DNA of 64,000 bases from an uncultured bacterium (lineage in GTDB: Bacteria; Verrucomicrobiota; Kiritimatiellia; RFP12; UBA1067): assembly GCA_902779865.1 (NCBI GenBank), contig CACZDG010000005.1, positions 8,207 through 72,206 on the forward strand, in the 5' to 3' direction. The notes under the pieces were generated by a model. That model was not told where the DNA came from. It ran no database searches and was given only the letters and a program-made list of their open reading frames with translations. Of the stretch, positions 63,308 through 64,000 are shown piece by piece; the stretch's first letter is position 1; the number at the start of each line of letters is the position of its first letter. The position numbers and the translations under genes are program-made.

Positions 63308-63859
63308 ATGCGAGTGGTATTGAGCATATTCGCGGGAGTGGCCGCGCTTGCGTTGCCGTGGGTGGTGCGCCTGTGGAGGACGCGGCGGTGGGGCTTGCCC
63401 GTGCGGATCAAGGTTGATCCCGATGCGCCGTCAGCCGACGCAATTGCCGGTTATTTCGCCGCCGTCGCACGTCGGCTCGACGAGCGGCCAGAGCGCATGA
63501 GCGTCGTCATCGATGGATGCACGGCAGAGAGTCGCTCCATCTCGCTTGACTTCATGCCCGATGGTTCGATGTGCGTGACGGTTGAAGGTGACGAGCCGAA
63601 GAAGTTCGGCCTTCGCAGACGTTGGATACCCGACCACCCCGTGCCTCTCATGCTGCGCTCGTGTCGGCTTTGGATCGAGCCGGTTGACTCCAACCGCTTC
63701 CGCGTGATGGACGCGCTGCCGTTTCGGGTGCCGCCGACCATATACGCGATGTGTTCGCTGCTGGCTGCTATAGGCGTCGCTTGCGTGCTGCCGGAATGCA
63801 TCGCGAGCGCCGTCGGGCTTGCTGTAGGGTGCCTTTCGGCGCAGACGGTGCGGACGTAG
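63308..63859 (+). CDS. hypothetical membrane protein
   Basis: N-terminal and C-terminal hydrophobic helices (VVLSIFAGVAALALPWVV; MCSLLAAIGVACVL). GC-rich codon pattern consistent with coding. No motif recognised. Confidence 0.45.
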   Translation: MRVVLSIFAGVAALALPWVVRLWRTRRWGLPVRIKVDPDAPSADAIAGYFAAVARRLDERPERMSVVIDGCTAESRSISLDFMPDGSMCVTVEGDEPKKFGLRRRWIPDHPVPLMLRSCRLWIEPVDSNRFRVMDALPFRVPPTIYAMCSLLAAIGVACVLPECIASAVGLAVGCLSAQTVRT

Positions 63860-63959
63860 CCGTTCGCATGAAATGCAAACGCCACGCAAAAAGATAGTGC
63901 TTTTATGAGCAGTTTGTGAGATAATGTATGCGTCCCCCGAGAAAGGAGGGCATTTGATA

Positions 63960-64000
63960 TGACCAGTGCCAACACAATGAGAGACCACCGTTCGCTTTTC
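63960..64000 (+). CDS. 5' end of an unidentified gene (runs off the window)
   Basis: ATG at 63960 is preceded by AAAGGAGGG at a suitable distance, with a GATAAT -10-like box upstream. Only 13 codons are visible. Confidence 0.3.

Overview
GC-rich bacterial chromosomal segment. The gene content suggests a PVC-type, glycan-degrading organism, but this taxonomic guess is inference only: many secreted glycoside hydrolases, Ser/Thr kinase plus ECF sigma pairs, and an exosortase. Left part (1-15.4 kb): clpB 3' end, tRNA-Cys, then a long co-directional string with overlapping stop/start codons (aldolase, methyltransferase, Ser/Thr kinase, exosortase-EpsI fusion, WecA-like transferase, malic enzyme, EF-G). 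16.4-23.9 kb: an eight-gene putative envelope operon made of a sigma-like factor, a membrane-tethered papain-fold peptidase, and CsgG/YcfL/LpoB-like lipoproteins. 23.9-36.8 kb: secreted C1 peptidase, a 2081-aa LTD/PA14/CotH protein, a GH106-like hydrolase and a beta-helix protein. 36.8-48.2 kb is a visibly more AT-rich island and the most interesting part. It holds an ORF6N-domain gene and a complete type II-C CRISPR-Cas locus (cas9 1227 aa, cas1, cas2). I predict a compact tracrRNA transcribed divergently from cas9. The array has 48 repeats of 36 bp, and its functional strand is minus (towards cas2). Beyond the array lies a replication-like module: a wHTH gene with 23-bp phased direct repeats inside the ORF, and a second set of seven 23-bp iterons downstream of it. 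Right part (48.2-64 kb): lepA, pfk, htpX, a kinase/ECF-sigma/FGE-domain triad, an AAA-ATPase/PD-(D/E)XK gene, fabD, two GYF-domain coiled-coil paralogs, NUDIX, GT2, a GxQxGxxN repeat protein and tRNA-Arg. Many long antisense ORFs in the six-frame track are high-GC artefacts. All functional calls rest on motif recognition by eye; no database search was run.
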